A stretch of DNA of 64,000 nt, from contig NC_042999.1 in the NCBI RefSeq assembly GCF_006345805.1, forward strand, positions 130,448,001 to 130,512,000, in the 5' to 3' direction. The position numbers and the translations under genes were made by a program. The notes below the pieces were generated by a model. The model ran no database searches. It worked only from the letters and a program-made list of their open reading frames with translations, and was not told the DNA's origin. The stretch comes from Octopus sinensis. Taxonomy: Eukaryota. This document shows, piece by piece, positions 37,870 through 51,288 of this stretch (position 1 is its first letter; each line of letters opens with the position of its first letter).

Positions 37870-38880
37870 GATTCGAGTCATTTGCCAATCATCTCTGATC
37901 CATTTCATCATCATCCAGTGTTTTAAATCCAAGTTTTCTCCTCATTAATGGGAGTGGCCATATCTACCTCAATGCCATAGCAACCACCCTCACACCATCT
38001 TGCCCTGATTTGAGTGTCCTCCTAATCTCCTCCTTCACCTGTCCCCTCCACGTTTTCCTCAATCTACCTCACTTTCTCAGTCCATTTACCTAAAATTCAA
38101 GCACCCTCCTCAGAACATGCTCCTCATCCCTCCTTCAACCCCAGCATCCCCATCAAGTCCTCAGTCCTCCTCTTATCAAACAGCTTCACTCCACACATTT
38201 CTCTCACCATTGCTCTCTCAGTCCTTCTCAAAATTGTCATCTCTCTCTCCCTCAAACACCATGTCTCACTCCCATACAGCAATGCAGCTCAAGCAACTCC
38301 TATAGCCCTTTCCTTTCATCTTCATTGAGAACCTTTTCCCACATAACAACGTTCCATATTCCTTGAACTTCACCCAGACAAGTCTCACTCTTGCTGTCAC
38401 AGCTGCTTCACATCCACCACTTACATCCACCTTATCTCCCAAATAACAAAACGCTCTCACCACTTCCACCTCTTCACATAGTGTTTCCACTGGTTCTCCC
38501 AACTCTCCAGCTCTTTTCTCACATCTTCCACAAATAAACTCTCTTGCCAGTCTTAGGGTCACCTTCTTCCTTTTCATACATCTACCAGGAATCTATTTCT
38601 CACACCTCTACACAACACCATTTTTGCCATTACCCTCCTCCCACATACACCAAATGGATCCACCTTACTCACAAACATTTCTCCTTCCACCCTGCTCACC
38701 ATCACCTTTGTCTTCTTTGCTTTCAAGCGTCTCCTTCCATTTCCAAAATTTCTCCCTCAATCCCTCCTTCATCTCACTCATCAGAACACGTTAATCCGCA
38801 TACAGCATCTCCATTATCAATCCCTCTCTTGCACTCCCTGTCACCACACCAACCACTATTGCAAACAACAACCATTTACC
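37870..38880 (-). mobile_element. Degenerate RTE LINE fragment
   Basis: VEVVRAFCYLGDKVDVSGGCEAAVTARVRLVWVKFKE. Confidence 0.85.
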
Positions 38881-39063
38881 ATAAACAAATAGTTCACAAT
38901 ACATGTACAATAGTTCATTCATTCATTTTCATCAAATCTGTACTTAGACACGTAATTGTTCCAACACTTAATTTCTCCAGTGCAAAAAATCTCGAATTTT
39001 CATGCTCCTTGAAGAAAGTAATAAGAAACTACAGCCGTTTATCAAATGTACTTTGGCATCACA

Positions 39064-40340
39064 CCAGGTTGAGTCAAGTCTTTTTTGAATTCTCACTGAT
39101 GATTTTTCGGTGACTTGTATTTCCACGTTATATCATTAATTTGACACAATTTGTAGTCCAACTGTTGTTGAATTGTTTATTCGTTATTTTCATATATAGC
39201 TTACAAATATTGTTTATTGTTTATTTTACAGCTTTGATAATGAGTGATAAAAAAAATTGCAATTAGAGCCATTTTACACTACCTGTGAGAAAAAGAACTG
39301 AGTGCAAGGGCAGCAACAGAAGAAATTAATGATGTGGAAGACCCAGGAGCTGTCAACGAACATGTAGCACAAAAGTGGTTGACATTTCAAGGAAGGTGAC
39401 ACCTGCTATGAAGACAAACTAAGATCAGGAAGACATTCTGTTGTGGAAAATGAGGCCATGCTTGAAATGGCTGAACAACAGCCAAATACAAGCACTTGTA
39501 CATTGTCAGCAGAACTTGGTCCTTCACAAAGCACCATCAATCAACACTTTTATAAGCTCAACCTTGTGAACAGAAGCTGTCAAGAAACTTTTCATGTACT
39601 AACCAATGACCAGGCTCAACAATGAGTGAACATTTGCAAACAACTGCTGGCAATTCCCTAAGATGCCTATTTTTGGTGTCAAATTGTAACTGAGGATGAA
39701 AAATGGATCTATTTTTGCAATCCTAGTAAATCAGTGGCTTTGTTCCAGCCAGACTTCAGAACATGTTGTCAAACAAGGGTAATTTAAGCAGAAGGTCATG
39801 TTGTGTGTTTATGGAATTTCATGGGAGATGGTTGCACTTAGAGCTTATCCTAGATGGTCATGCTGTGAATGTTAACCTTCATGCTCAACAATGGCAGGGA
39901 CTACATGATGCTTTGAAAGCCAGTTACTCAACATTGGTCAATCAAAAATACACACTTCTACAACATAACAATGCCCTAGCACATACTGCCAATGTGACCA
40001 AGTGCTAACTTGAGTAACTTGAAGGAATGAAAGTGCTGCCTTGCCCTGCCTATAATCCAGACCTTACACAATCAGATTACCACATTTTCTGACCCATGGC
40101 TCATTTCCTGTAGGGACAGAATTTCAACAATGTAGATGAGATTGAAAATGGGCATAGAGAGTATTTTGCCTCTAAACCAGCCAAATGGGATAAGCATGGA
40201 ATAGAGCTTCTGGCACAACAATGACAACAGACAACCAAACATGATAGAATACAATTTGGTGAATAAACACTCTTAGTGTATAACTTGTTTGAACTATTAA
40301 TCAAAGCTTGAAATATAAAAAAATTCTTGACTCAACCTGG
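39064..40340 (+). mobile_element. mariner (DD34D/SETMAR-like) element with TIRs, pseudogenised
   Basis: TIR CCAGGTTGAGTCAAG at 39064 and its reverse complement at 40326-40340 followed by TA; remnants IVTEDEKWI, LLQHNNALAH, P-YNPDL-QSDYH. Confidence 0.9.
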
Positions 40341-41456
40341 TAGTAGTTACACCTGGAAATAAGCATGAAACACAATGAAGGTCAGTGTTGAATCCCAGTC
40401 TTATATGGAAGGAAGAAGTTAGACCAGATAAATGCATGCACATACATAAAGACTATGTAGAGTGATGGAACTAGTAGAAACTACAGAAGAAGGGTCATTA
40501 TAGAATTTGGACAGTATGAGAGAGAGATTTCACAGTAAGTCATATTAGATTCACAGAGTAGAATTATTGTCTCAGTTGAGTGGTTTCAGTTTATCTTCTT
40601 ATCTCTCATTTAACTTAATTTCAAATGAATAAATCTTTAGTTACAGCTAGGTAACCTATTTCTAGTAACACGAGTCCACATATAAATGAATATGATTATT
40701 TCTAGTAATATAAAACATATACATAAATATTCATACTTCTAGTAATATATTTGTATGCATGGAGTATAAACTGCTCCTACTACCAATCATTATCATTGAC
40801 TGAACTTCCTTTTATTCACATTAGCAGAAAAACTAATCTGGAATCTCTCGTGAACAAGTCCAAACATTCAGTGAAATAAAAATTAAATAGAGGAATTGTG
40901 TATATCATACTTATGTAATAATTGGAAATTCTACACCCAAGAGTCTTAAAATATTTGTTTCAAAAGAAAGGTTGAAAATAAAAAAATGAAGAAAGAAATC
41001 ATAAATCATCAAAATTTTGTTTTAGAGCTATAGAATTTTAATCCAACAATGCTAAATAAATAAAATGAATTTTATACTGTCAACAACTGCTGAATGATTA
41101 AACCTTATGTTTTAAAGTGAAATAACTTATCTATTGGGCCAAGTGTAATATATGATGCCTTCTTTTTACTATCTAACCATGCTAATAAGGAAAAAATTCT
41201 GCTTCCTTTTCAGAATTTGAGCATTTTGATGTTGATGCAACAGATATTGCTTCCCCAGTTAAATGCTCTTCTGATAACGAATTAACCATGGAGTAAGAGT
41301 AGAATCTGTAGTCACTGTGGTAGACTGAGGCAAATAAAATCATGTTCAATGGTTAAAGTCAATCTGAAAACAATTTAGTCAATGGTAGAGTATTTTAACA
41401 CATTAACAATGTGTTTTGTTTTGGTTTTTAAGCATTTGATCATAAATACTAATACA

Positions 41457-42343
41457 TATGGGCTGATCAATAAGTATCCGGACTGTTGCAATAGTAATGA
41501 AGCTAAAGCACGGAGAGGGAAGCTGCTTGATACAGATTGACCTTGAACTCTGCTGTGCATGTGCACTAGCTTTTAATGTTGTAGCTCACTTCTGCTGTTT
41601 ACAACAGTGCTTGGAAGGAAGGTGTGTAGCGTGTGATCATCACATTGACCATGACAAAGAATGTTGAGCAGAGAATCTGCATCAAATTTTGCCAAAAGCT
41701 TGGCAATACCTGCTCAGAGGCCCACGCAAAGTTTTCAAACAGTTTTTATCTTTCTCAACACAATCAAGGAGATCTTGTGCAACTGAAACCTGAGTGTCAT
41801 TTTGGTCAGCTGAGAGCAGTGTTGGCACAAACTTGGCAAACACACATCTCGTACCCAAATCTTCAGTGATAATGGACTGAACTGAACTGTAACTAATCTT
41901 CACATCCTCTGATAACACATGAATGGTGATTCGATGATTTCCCCTCACAGCTGCATGCACATCTGTGATGTTTTTCTCAGTTCAGCTGGTTGCAGGTCTC
42001 CCAGAATGTTCACTGATGTCGACATTTTGTCAGCCATCTTGGAAACGTCTGAACCATTCATACACTTGAGTGCAACTCATACACTCCTCTCCATACACTT
42101 TCTGCAACTTTGCTTAGGCCTTTGAGCAAGTATCAACTTTCTCTGTGATGGTCAATGTGAGGATCACACGCTACACACCTTCCTTCCAAGCACTGCTGTA
42201 AACAGCGGAAGTGAGCTAGAAGATTAAAGCTTAGTGAACCTGCACAACAGAGTTCAAGGTCAATCTGTCCCAAGTGGCTTCACTGTGTGCTTTAGCTTCA
42301 TTAATATGGCAACAGTCCGGATATTTATTGATCAGACCTCATA
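41457..42343. mobile_element. Fold-back mariner derivative: two 5' halves in inverted orientation
   Basis: About 41457-41660 is the reverse complement of about 42150-42343; both strands encode mariner N-terminal sequence (EQRICIKFC; YEWFRRFQDG...SGRPATS). Confidence 0.9.
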
Positions 42344-42388
42344 TAAGTAAAAAAATATGTATTGAAAAAAATACAATTAATTACTAAC

Positions 42389-42523
42389 CTTAGCTGATGG
42401 AAATGATGATGTAACAACAGTAAGAAAACTACTTGGGCCTTTTTCTGACTTCAGAGCATCCCAGCATCGTTTCAGACAACTTACAGATGTATCTTGTTGG
42501 CCTAAAGCAGAAATGGCTTTGGC
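42389..42523 (-). CDS. VEPH1: VEPH1 exon
   Basis: AKAISALGQQDTSVSCLKRCWDALKSEKGPSSFLTVVTSSFPSAK; phase 0-0; AG/GTTAGT. Confidence 0.92.
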
Positions 42524-42813
42524 CTAAAAAGAAAGTTCACAAAACTTAAATGTTTTGAATAAACAAATTTTAGAAATTATAAAAATGAATTTGTTTTATA
42601 GGTAAGAAAACATAGAACTTTGAGGCAAACAAAATGGAAAATCATGCGAAATTTTCAAACAACAGAGTGAGTGATATAATGGGTATTGCAAATGGAAACT
42701 ATAAGTTAGGAGTAAATTGCTGCAGCATCACTGCCATAAAAAATACACAAAGCATAATTGTAGCACATCATTATAGATAGTAATATACAATATATAACAG
42801 TATATGCAATAAT

Positions 42814-43070
42814 GTGGAGGCACATGGCTTAGTGGCTAGGGTGTCAGTATCATGATTGTAAGATTGTGGTTTCGATTCCTGGACCAGGCGACGCGTTGTG
42901 TTCTTGAGCAAAACACTTCATTTCAAGTTGCTCCAGTCCACTCAGCTGGCAAAAATGAGTAACGCTGCAATGGACTGGCATCCCGTCCAACTGAGGAACA
43001 CATATGCCATAGAAACCGGGAAACTGGGCCCATGGGCCTGAACAGGCTTTAAAAGGGTGCATTTTCTTTT
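42814..43070 (+). mobile_element. tRNA-derived SINE (family C-like, CORE-like middle) with TSD
   Basis: 13-bp TSD TATATGCAATAAT at 42801-42813 and 43071-43083. Confidence 0.9.
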
Positions 43071-43559
43071 TATATGCAATAATACATGTTCTTATCTAAA
43101 ATTTATATATACCACTACAAATTTGTAATTGCAGAAATGTACATATGTACATTTTCTGTCACCTAAGACTTATATATAAATAAATCTTTCATGTAACTTC
43201 AATCCAAAGATCAGTGTTTAACTCAGTTTTTTCCAGTGACAGACAAATATTCTCCTAGATAAATATTTAATCTATCATACAAATTTTCTCAGAAGCTCTA
43301 GTGCCTATTCTACATACTTAAATGAATTAAAGTGATTTCTATAATTTGTTTGGGTTACAGAGGTACTGACGCATCACATAATGTATTTAAACCTATCATA
43401 GCCAGACTTTACTCATGCACTGCAAGTTACTACAGCACTGCAAGATAATGAAGCAAACACCAATTACTCAGTGCTTCAACTTCTAGAAGTGATAGTTTAT
43501 TAACACAGTATTTATTTCTAGATGGTGAGCATATTTACAGGTGCTGAGATATAAACTAG

Positions 43560-44565
43560 TGAAAGTGTAACTGCTAGAGTAAGAATAGCTTGGGCAAAGT
43601 TTAGAGAGCTCTTACCTCTGCTGGTGACAAAAGGCCTCTCGCACAGAGTAAAAGGCAGACTGTATGACGCATGTGTACGAACAGCCATGCTACATGGCAG
43701 TGAAACATGGGCCGTGACTGCTGAGGATATGTGTAAGCTCGCAAGAAATAAAGCCAGTATGCTCTGATGGATGTGTAATGTCAGTGTTCATAGTCGACAG
43801 AGTGTAAGTACCTTGAGAGAAAAGTTGGACCTAAGAAGCATCAGTTGTGGTGTGCAAGAGAGACGTTTGCGCTGGTATGGTCATGTGGCGAGAATGGATG
43901 AAGATAGTTGTGTGAAAAAGTGCCACACCCTAGCGGTTGAGGGAACCTGTGGAAGAGGCAGACCCAGGAAAACCTGGGACAACTTGGTGAAGCACGACCA
44001 TCAAACTTTAGGTCTCACCGAGGCAATGACTAGAGACCGAGACCTTTGGAAGTATGCTGTGCGTGAGAAGACCCGGCAGGACAAGTGAGACCATAACCCA
44101 TGGCCTCTACATGGGATGTAGCCAGTCCACTTATGCATACCTTTCCTTCTTGGGACACAAAACTCTACTTGTGAAGACCTGTTGAGGCAAGTGAAAATCA
44201 AAAAATCAAAATCAAAATCAATCAACATCAATGGAAATTGCAGCTGTGATACCAGTGCCGGTGGTACATAAGAGAACCATCCAAACGTGGCCGCTGCCAG
44301 CGCCGCCCCGACTTGCCTTGTGCCGGTGTCACGTAAAAAGCACCATCCGATTGTGGCCATTTGCCAGCTTCATCTGGCATGTAAAAAGCCCCCACTACAC
44401 TCACGGAGTGGTTGGCGTTAGGAAGGGCATCCAGCCATAGAAACATTGTCAGATCAGACTGGGCCTGGTGCAGCCTTCTGGCTTCCCAGACCCCAGTTGA
44501 ACCGTTCAACCCATGCTAGCATGGAAAGCAGACGCTAAACAATGATGATGATGATGATGATGATG
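43560..44565 (+). mobile_element. Young 5'-truncated RTE LINE: ORF C-terminus (to 44088), 3'UTR and (GAT)n tail
   Basis: VTARVRIAWAKFRELLP...ERRLRWYGHVARM...GRGRPRKTW; one internal TGA; CpGs retained. Confidence 0.95.
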
Positions 44566-44891
44566 TGGTAGGCCAATACCTATCAATTTGGATAGCTGTA
44601 ACTCTCATGTTTAACACAAGTGACAAAATTGCTAAAGAAAGAATTGGTGTAAATTTTAAGACTCTATGCTAAGGAAATATACCCAAATATTTGCTTTTTT
44701 GTAAGCAAAGAAAGGAATATTAAAATAATCTTATTAAAACATTTAAAAAAAATTAAATACAGAGTATCATTAAAACTAAATCAGATATGAATTACATCTA
44801 TTCAGTAGTCAATATAGAAGATAAGTGTGCACTAGTATTAAAATTAGAGTCTTATAAAAATTGAACTTGACTAAACTAGGTAAATAAATCC

Positions 44892-44892
<1 letters not shown>

Positions 44893-44942
<50 letters not shown>
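44893..44942. repeat. (TTA)n microsatellite
   Basis: Visible directly. Confidence 0.95.
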
Positions 44943-44943
<1 letters not shown>

Positions 44944-45899
44944 AATATCAAAGAAATTAAGAAAAATACAAGCTTATATGAAGTGTTCCTACATACAATC
45001 CATTGTGGCTAAGCATCCAATTGTAACATACAATACAGAAGTCCCAAACAATTATAGCAGTGAATAAATGTAGGGAATAAATAATATACACATGTGCTTA
45101 TAATTTCTTCTACATTTGTTCTGTGTATCATAACCATTTTCACTATTAAGAATAGTAGTAACCACCCCATTATGCTGGAAGCAGATTGACTGATGATACT
45201 CTAAGTGGAGTTCTAAACTCAACAGAAGCAGTTGTACATTTAACAGTACACACAAGACATACTATTAAAATATCTAAAGATATAATGGATAAAAATATAT
45301 AAAGATATTCTTAGAGGTATGTATAAACACTTGTTAATATCATCAGAATTTTCAATGTAGCTACAATTATTTTTGATGATATAAACAAGGTCAAGCAATT
45401 CTATGAGCTGTTGGCAGGAGTTATCCATGATAAAGCTAGCTTATAGAAAAAAGTGACCTGAAAATGATGTGCATCATAAAAAAGAATAACAAAGGGTCAT
45501 GGTGCATGATGGGAAACTGTATGGCAGATTCATCTCACTTGTGTCATTAAGAAATAATTAAAATTAGTTAAATTAAGAAATATCAATTGAAATGTTTCAT
45601 AATCTTAGGTGAGGTACATAACACTGCCTACTGCTTAGCTGATACCTTCTCACTTTGTAAATAGCTGTCAGAAAAACCATCCAGCTATAAAAATATTCAA
45701 TCCAATAATTAGTACATGTGAAAATCTACCAAAACTATCCCACCTATGTATGAGAAAATTATGGATGTAAAATACTAATAACAAACTAAAAATCTGTAGC
45801 AGCTCATGGAATACTAGCTATCATCAACATCACTAGCATTGTTGTAGTTGTCATAGTTACATTTTTTGTGTTTCTTAATAATATAAATGAGATAAATTT

Positions 45900-47260
45900 G
45901 CCATACAGTATCATACCATGCATCATCAGGTCGGGTAAGGTGTGGGGACATGCACTGCATTTGTCAGAATATTCTTAGGTCTCCCCAGGCAACCTATCAA
46001 GTAAAATCCTAGTCAATCCCCCATCTTTGTGAGATACCACCTCATCTGCTGTGACCATGTGGTCTACCAACATGACCCATCAATCCAGCTGGATCTTCAG
46101 TGAAAAGAACATGATAAGCAGGGTCTAACTTGAAAAATCATGTCAAACAGTTTGGGCTGGTGCTCCCAAGTCATACAAGTAACAGGACATATCCCAGTTT
46201 CTAAGTAGAGTCATTGGCTAGATACAAAATCTGACCAGTGGTAACCCACAATCCTGCAAAGCATCCTAGTACCAAAGGAGTTCAGGTGACTCCTAAAGGT
46301 CAGGGGCAGTATCCAAGTCTCACAACAACAAAGTAGGATAGGGAGGACTAAAGATGTAAAGATTCAAACCCTTGGCCTCCTGCTCAGATATCAGCATTGC
46401 CAAACACAGTTATCCAATGAGTCCACAACTGCACCAACTCATCTAAGCTTTTTTTTAAGATTTCAGACTCACAGCTAATATCACTATGAATCTCACTGTC
46501 AAGATAAGTTAAGCAGTCAACAACTCTTAACATTCTCACCCACAACAAAGACAGACAAGATGGAGTCCTCCAAGAAACCAAAGAAGGAATGGATCTTTGT
46601 CTTGACTCAAGAAACTCAAAGACATAATAGCTCCACTTCCTTATTTAGTGAAAAGAGAGCACTCCTTAAGACATCCAGAGACTCAGCAAGAATAACTGCA
46701 TCATTAGCAAAATCTAGGTCTGTAATCCTATGAGTATACCATAACTCAATCAAACTAGCAGGCATTAAACAGAGTGGGAGCCAAAGCACAGCTTTGATGG
46801 TCCCTAGACCTAACTCATAAAATGTCAGATGCTGAGCTCCCAATCTCAATCAACACTGACTGTTCCGGTGTACAAGGCCATAATCAGCTTAATCAGTTAA
46901 GTAGGTATACCTTGCAGTTCCAGAATCCTCCAAAGCACATCTTGTCCACTAATTCAAACACCTTGCAGAGGATGACATAGGCTACAAGCAGCTCCTGCCA
47001 AAAGCTCCACCTGCATTCAATGAGTACACAAAGAGCCAGAATCATGTCAGTGGTAGACCTCTTTGGCATGAATCCTAACTACTCCAGCTGCTGAGAAGCA
47101 AGCAGATGATTTCACACTCTATTCAAGATGACCCTAGCAAAGACCTTACTGGACACAGAGACAAGTGTAAGAGCCCTATAATTGCCCCATAGTGGGGTAA
47201 TTATGCCCCTGTTCCAGCCAGGTTGTATGATGCCACTGCACCATGATCCTTTGTTCTTCT
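45900..47260 (-). mobile_element. Degenerate RTE LINE reverse-transcriptase region
   Basis: SKVFARVILNR...GFMPKRSTTDMILAL...; DLDFANDAVILAES; DCLTYLDSEI. Confidence 0.8.
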
Positions 47261-47444
47261 TTTATGATGTACCTCATTCTCAGATCTAATCTAATAAATC
47301 TATCCCTTTTTTTTTATAAGCTATCTCTACCACCGATGACTCCTACCAACAGTTTACAGAATCATTTGACCTAGTATGGCATCACAAATTTACATTATAA
47401 AAAGTAATTTTCAAAATTTGTCTTGAGACATCTTGTACACTTTG

Positions 47445-47600
47445 TAAAGTGCTTGGCATTAAAAAGTGCATCCAGTTGCAGAAATCATACTAAAGCAGAC
47501 TGCAGAGCTTGATGCAGTCTTCTAGTTTGCCAGCCCCTGTGATACCATGTAGCCAAGGCAAACATTGAAGGCAGATGTTAAATGATGATGATGATGATGA
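47445..47600 (+). mobile_element. Family D repeat with (GAT)n tail
   Basis: Similar to 44390-44565. Confidence 0.7.
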
Positions 47601-47808
47601 TTTACCAGTAGTTAATGGTTATGTTAACTACTGGTAAATTGTTTAATAACAAAGCTGAGGAAAGCATATAAGGACTTTGTTAAATTTTTAAAGTGTTTCT
47701 TTTCTTTGCATTTCAACAATTTTTTCAAAGAAAATTATTTAATTAGGCTAACATACTTCTACATAACTATAAAATATCTAATTAAAAAACTGTGTAAAAG
47801 TCACTTAC

Positions 47809-47951
47809 CTGCAAAGCTAGAAACATGAGATGAATCCAGGTTTTGGGTATGTGTGTAATTAACACAAAACAATTATTACTATAAAGACACTCATCTCCAC
47901 GATGACTGGAACATACAAAGTTTAGCTTAACATAACGTTTATGGCGACCAT
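47809..47951 (-). CDS. VEPH1: VEPH1 exon
   Basis: (N)GRHKRYVKLNFVCSSHRGDECLYSNNCFVLITHIPKTWIHLMFLALQ; phase 1-0; GTAAGT donor. Confidence 0.95.
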
Positions 47952-48193
47952 CTAGATAAATAAAGTACAAATATAGCATGATATTAATAGATCAGATATT
48001 AGGAAAAGAAAATATAGACAAAAATAGATGAAAAAATGAGAGGAAGTTTTATATAATTTTAACTTAATAAATAAACTAATCACATTGCAATAACAGCTTT
48101 ATCTATCTAATCCCACATTATAACACAATGTTGAAGTATTTTTCAGATAATAGTTACAATTCAAAAAATGTGGTTTTAAAAAAAAATACTTAC

Positions 48194-48311
48194 TAACAAC
48201 ACTACATTTTACAGGTGATGGCAAACGAGCAGTCACATTATTGATAAAAACACGGATCTTTCCAAGATGCTTTTCACAAAACTGTTGGACAACATCACGA
48301 TACAGTTCCTT
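48194..48311 (-). CDS. VEPH1: VEPH1 exon
   Basis: KELYRDVVQQFCEKHLGKIRVFINNVTARLPSPVKCSVV; phase 0-1; resembles melted RDAVQHFCEKH as recalled. Confidence 0.93.
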
Positions 48312-48384
48312 CTGAGAAATTCAAAAATTACAGAAAGTTAAAACAAACACAGGAAGTGTATGTGTACTTGTGTGTGTATGTAGG

Positions 48385-48712
48385 TAGTGAGGCAAATAGC
48401 TTAGTGGTTAAGGTATTTGGCTCATGATCATAATGTCATGAGTTTGATACCTGTGGGTGTGTTATGCTCTTGAGCAAGACACTTTATTTCATGTTGATCC
48501 AGTTCACTCAGCTGGCAAAAGTGAGTCGTACATGTATTTCAAAGGGTCAGCCTTCCCACATTCTGTGACATGCTGAATCTCCCTGATAACTATGTTTAGA
48601 GTACGCATGTCTGTGGAATGCTCAGCCACTTGCACATTAATCTCACAAGCAGGATGTTCTGTTGATTAGATCAGCTGGAACACTCATCATCATAACCCAA
48701 CAGAGTGCCAGC
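48385..48712 (+). mobile_element. tRNA/CORE-like SINE copy
   Basis: cttagtggttaagg head; cttgagcaagacacttta...cactcagctggcaaaa shared with 42814 and 55530. Confidence 0.75.
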
Positions 48713-51149
48713 CTGTAGGTATGTGTGACTGTGCATACATTGATGCGCAGTTGGTTGCATGTGAAATAAAAATGCATAAATGGAGGATGCTTTGGCATTG
48801 AACAACACCTGAATAATTTTTATTTGTCTTCTGAAGAACTCTGGGAAATATTTTTCAAGATCAGAAGTGAAATGTCAAGTTTGCATATAGATAATGACTG
48901 TATACAGGTTGTTAAAGAGGAATAAAACATTTGTTGTTAGACATAGCAGAAAATAAATCATTAAGAGACAGAAAGAAAAGTCTGGGAGATGTAACCAAAC
49001 CTTTAGATAAACCACAGAATCAATAGAAACATCAGGATTAAGTTCAAATATATGCCATGTTATAAGTTTCTGAGGCTTACTCTAAATTCAACCATGCCTG
49101 CATGCATGCATGAATGTATGCATGCAGCAAAAACACAAATTAGAGATAGTATTTAAGTTATGTCCAAGACATTTTGTTTTAATCAGATACACAAATACCA
49201 AATTCATGTAACAACAACTAAATGCAACTGGTGGACAAGTTATATTTATCAGATGTTATAACAGTCAAACATGTTGGTAAATTACACTTCTTCCCCTATT
49301 TTCTTCAGTTTCTCTTCCTCAAGCTTTATCCACTTAGAGTGCTTGGTAGTTCTTTATACAATTGACATCTTCCACACACATTGCAGACCTAACAGTAGTC
49401 TCTCTCTCTTTTTTGTACACTTAAGTTTTTCCAAAGTCACAGTCAATGACTTTGCTGATACTAAAGTTTCCAAAGACAAGATAATGACAAACTGTCAGGG
49501 AGCCTCCAAACCAGTCATAGCCAAACTGCAACCCACAGAACTTTCTGAATGGCATGCTTAATGGAAAATTATCTCAAATTTTTCTAGCAGTTCAGCCTGT
49601 TTGATGATGAACCATGTCTCATGTAGCCCTCTTCTTGGAAAAGGTTGTCAATGCCTGATCTAAACAATTACTTGGCAACTCAAAATATCAGGTAAATCTC
49701 CCTCATATTGTATCCTACTGTCTTTAGATGGGAAGGATACATTAATAATATAGTTATGTGTAGAGACACTAAGAGAAAGCGGGGAGAGAGACAGGGGGAG
49801 AGAGAGAGGGGGTAGTGACAACTTGAACAACTGTGATTATAGGTCTGTCTAATCAAAGTTCAACTGGGTCTAAACAACATCAACAAAACAAAATGATGCT
49901 ATTTGACCCCCAGATCATCTCTGATTGACCAAACTTATGGTTAAAAATATTCCAGCTGTACTTATCTGTTTTTAGCAATATGCATCTACTTATGATCAAA
50001 AGCATTCCATTACTATCCAGTTTTTTTATCATTTTTATCTCAGGCATGTTGTCACAGATTACATTATCTGATGTGTTTTTCCTTCCTTTTTTTTTTTTGA
50101 AGGAAGTAGTGGGGTTTGATCTGAGAGAGAGGTGACTACTAACTCTAGCAGGCTGAGTAACTATATAAAATTACTGCCAATCTTTAATAGATTGTCATTT
50201 TGGTCTCCCTTTGCTTACTAAATGCAAAAGATCTCCAAAAGATCTAGATCATTGAGAACAAAAAGTAATCTGAGGTAATGAAAAAGGCTACTATTAATAA
50301 TAATTGTTTCTATTTGGCAGGCATAGAGACGTTGGAGGTAAGAGCTGTAGGCTGCTAATTGGTAGTTAATTTGGTACAGTGAGAGGTGTCTAATTTCTTG
50401 GCTTATTTTCATTGTGGATTGTTTTCAAATCTCAATGTAAATACTTGTAAAGAGGAAATGGTTTCAAAATTTTGAAGCAGATTAGTTAAAGGTGATCACT
50501 AAAACACCGAGACTTGATAGGCTTATGTACAGAAAAAAGAATTCTGTATCTGGCAGTTATGTGCATAAAGTGGTGAGGAGAGCCAGCTACAGAAGAGAAG
50601 TCTTAAGTTATGTATGTGTGATTGCTTATACACACACACACACACACACATATGCACAAAAAGTTAGGGGGAAATAAGCATTAAACATAGAGCCTCTGAA
50701 GGTGTACTGCTTACTACACTAATCAGTGAAATTATTAATTAATCATTTACACCTTCATAAACTTTACCACCTACACACATAAAACCTCATACCTATATAA
50801 AAGGAGACATTAAAGATAAAATATTCATGACTATCTCATAATTATCACTGTATCATCGAGACTATCAGATGCTGTTTATACACCACTGATCATAATGCAC
50901 TTCCTCACGTTGTTGTAATTTTCAAATGATGCTAGCCCAGTGGTTAGGTGGGAAGGCTAACATTACCCCTGAATGAAGCACCAATCCATTGCAGGGATAA
51001 CCCATTTACACAAGAACACAATGCACACCAGTCTGGCAATTGTGGGTGCAACAGTATGAGGCCATGCACCCTCACCAAATTATGTTAAACTCACTGGTAG
51101 TGGGGGAGGGGGTGAAAAACAAAATATAGGCAGCATTCATGTCACTCAC

Positions 51150-51288
51150 CATAGAAGAAACAGGAGATGGACAGGATGGATTTGTGGCAGTTGATGTCAG
51201 ACTGTTACTAAGAGGAATGTCTGATACCATGGTTTCAAAACTTGGGCTAGTTGGTCTATCAAATATTGGGTCAGTATTTAATGAACTT
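51150..51288 (-). CDS. VEPH1: VEPH1 exon (Ser/Pro-rich linker)
   Basis: ttttcag acceptor, GTGAGT donor, phase 2-0 bridges the flanking exons; supported by phase logic more than homology. Confidence 0.8.
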
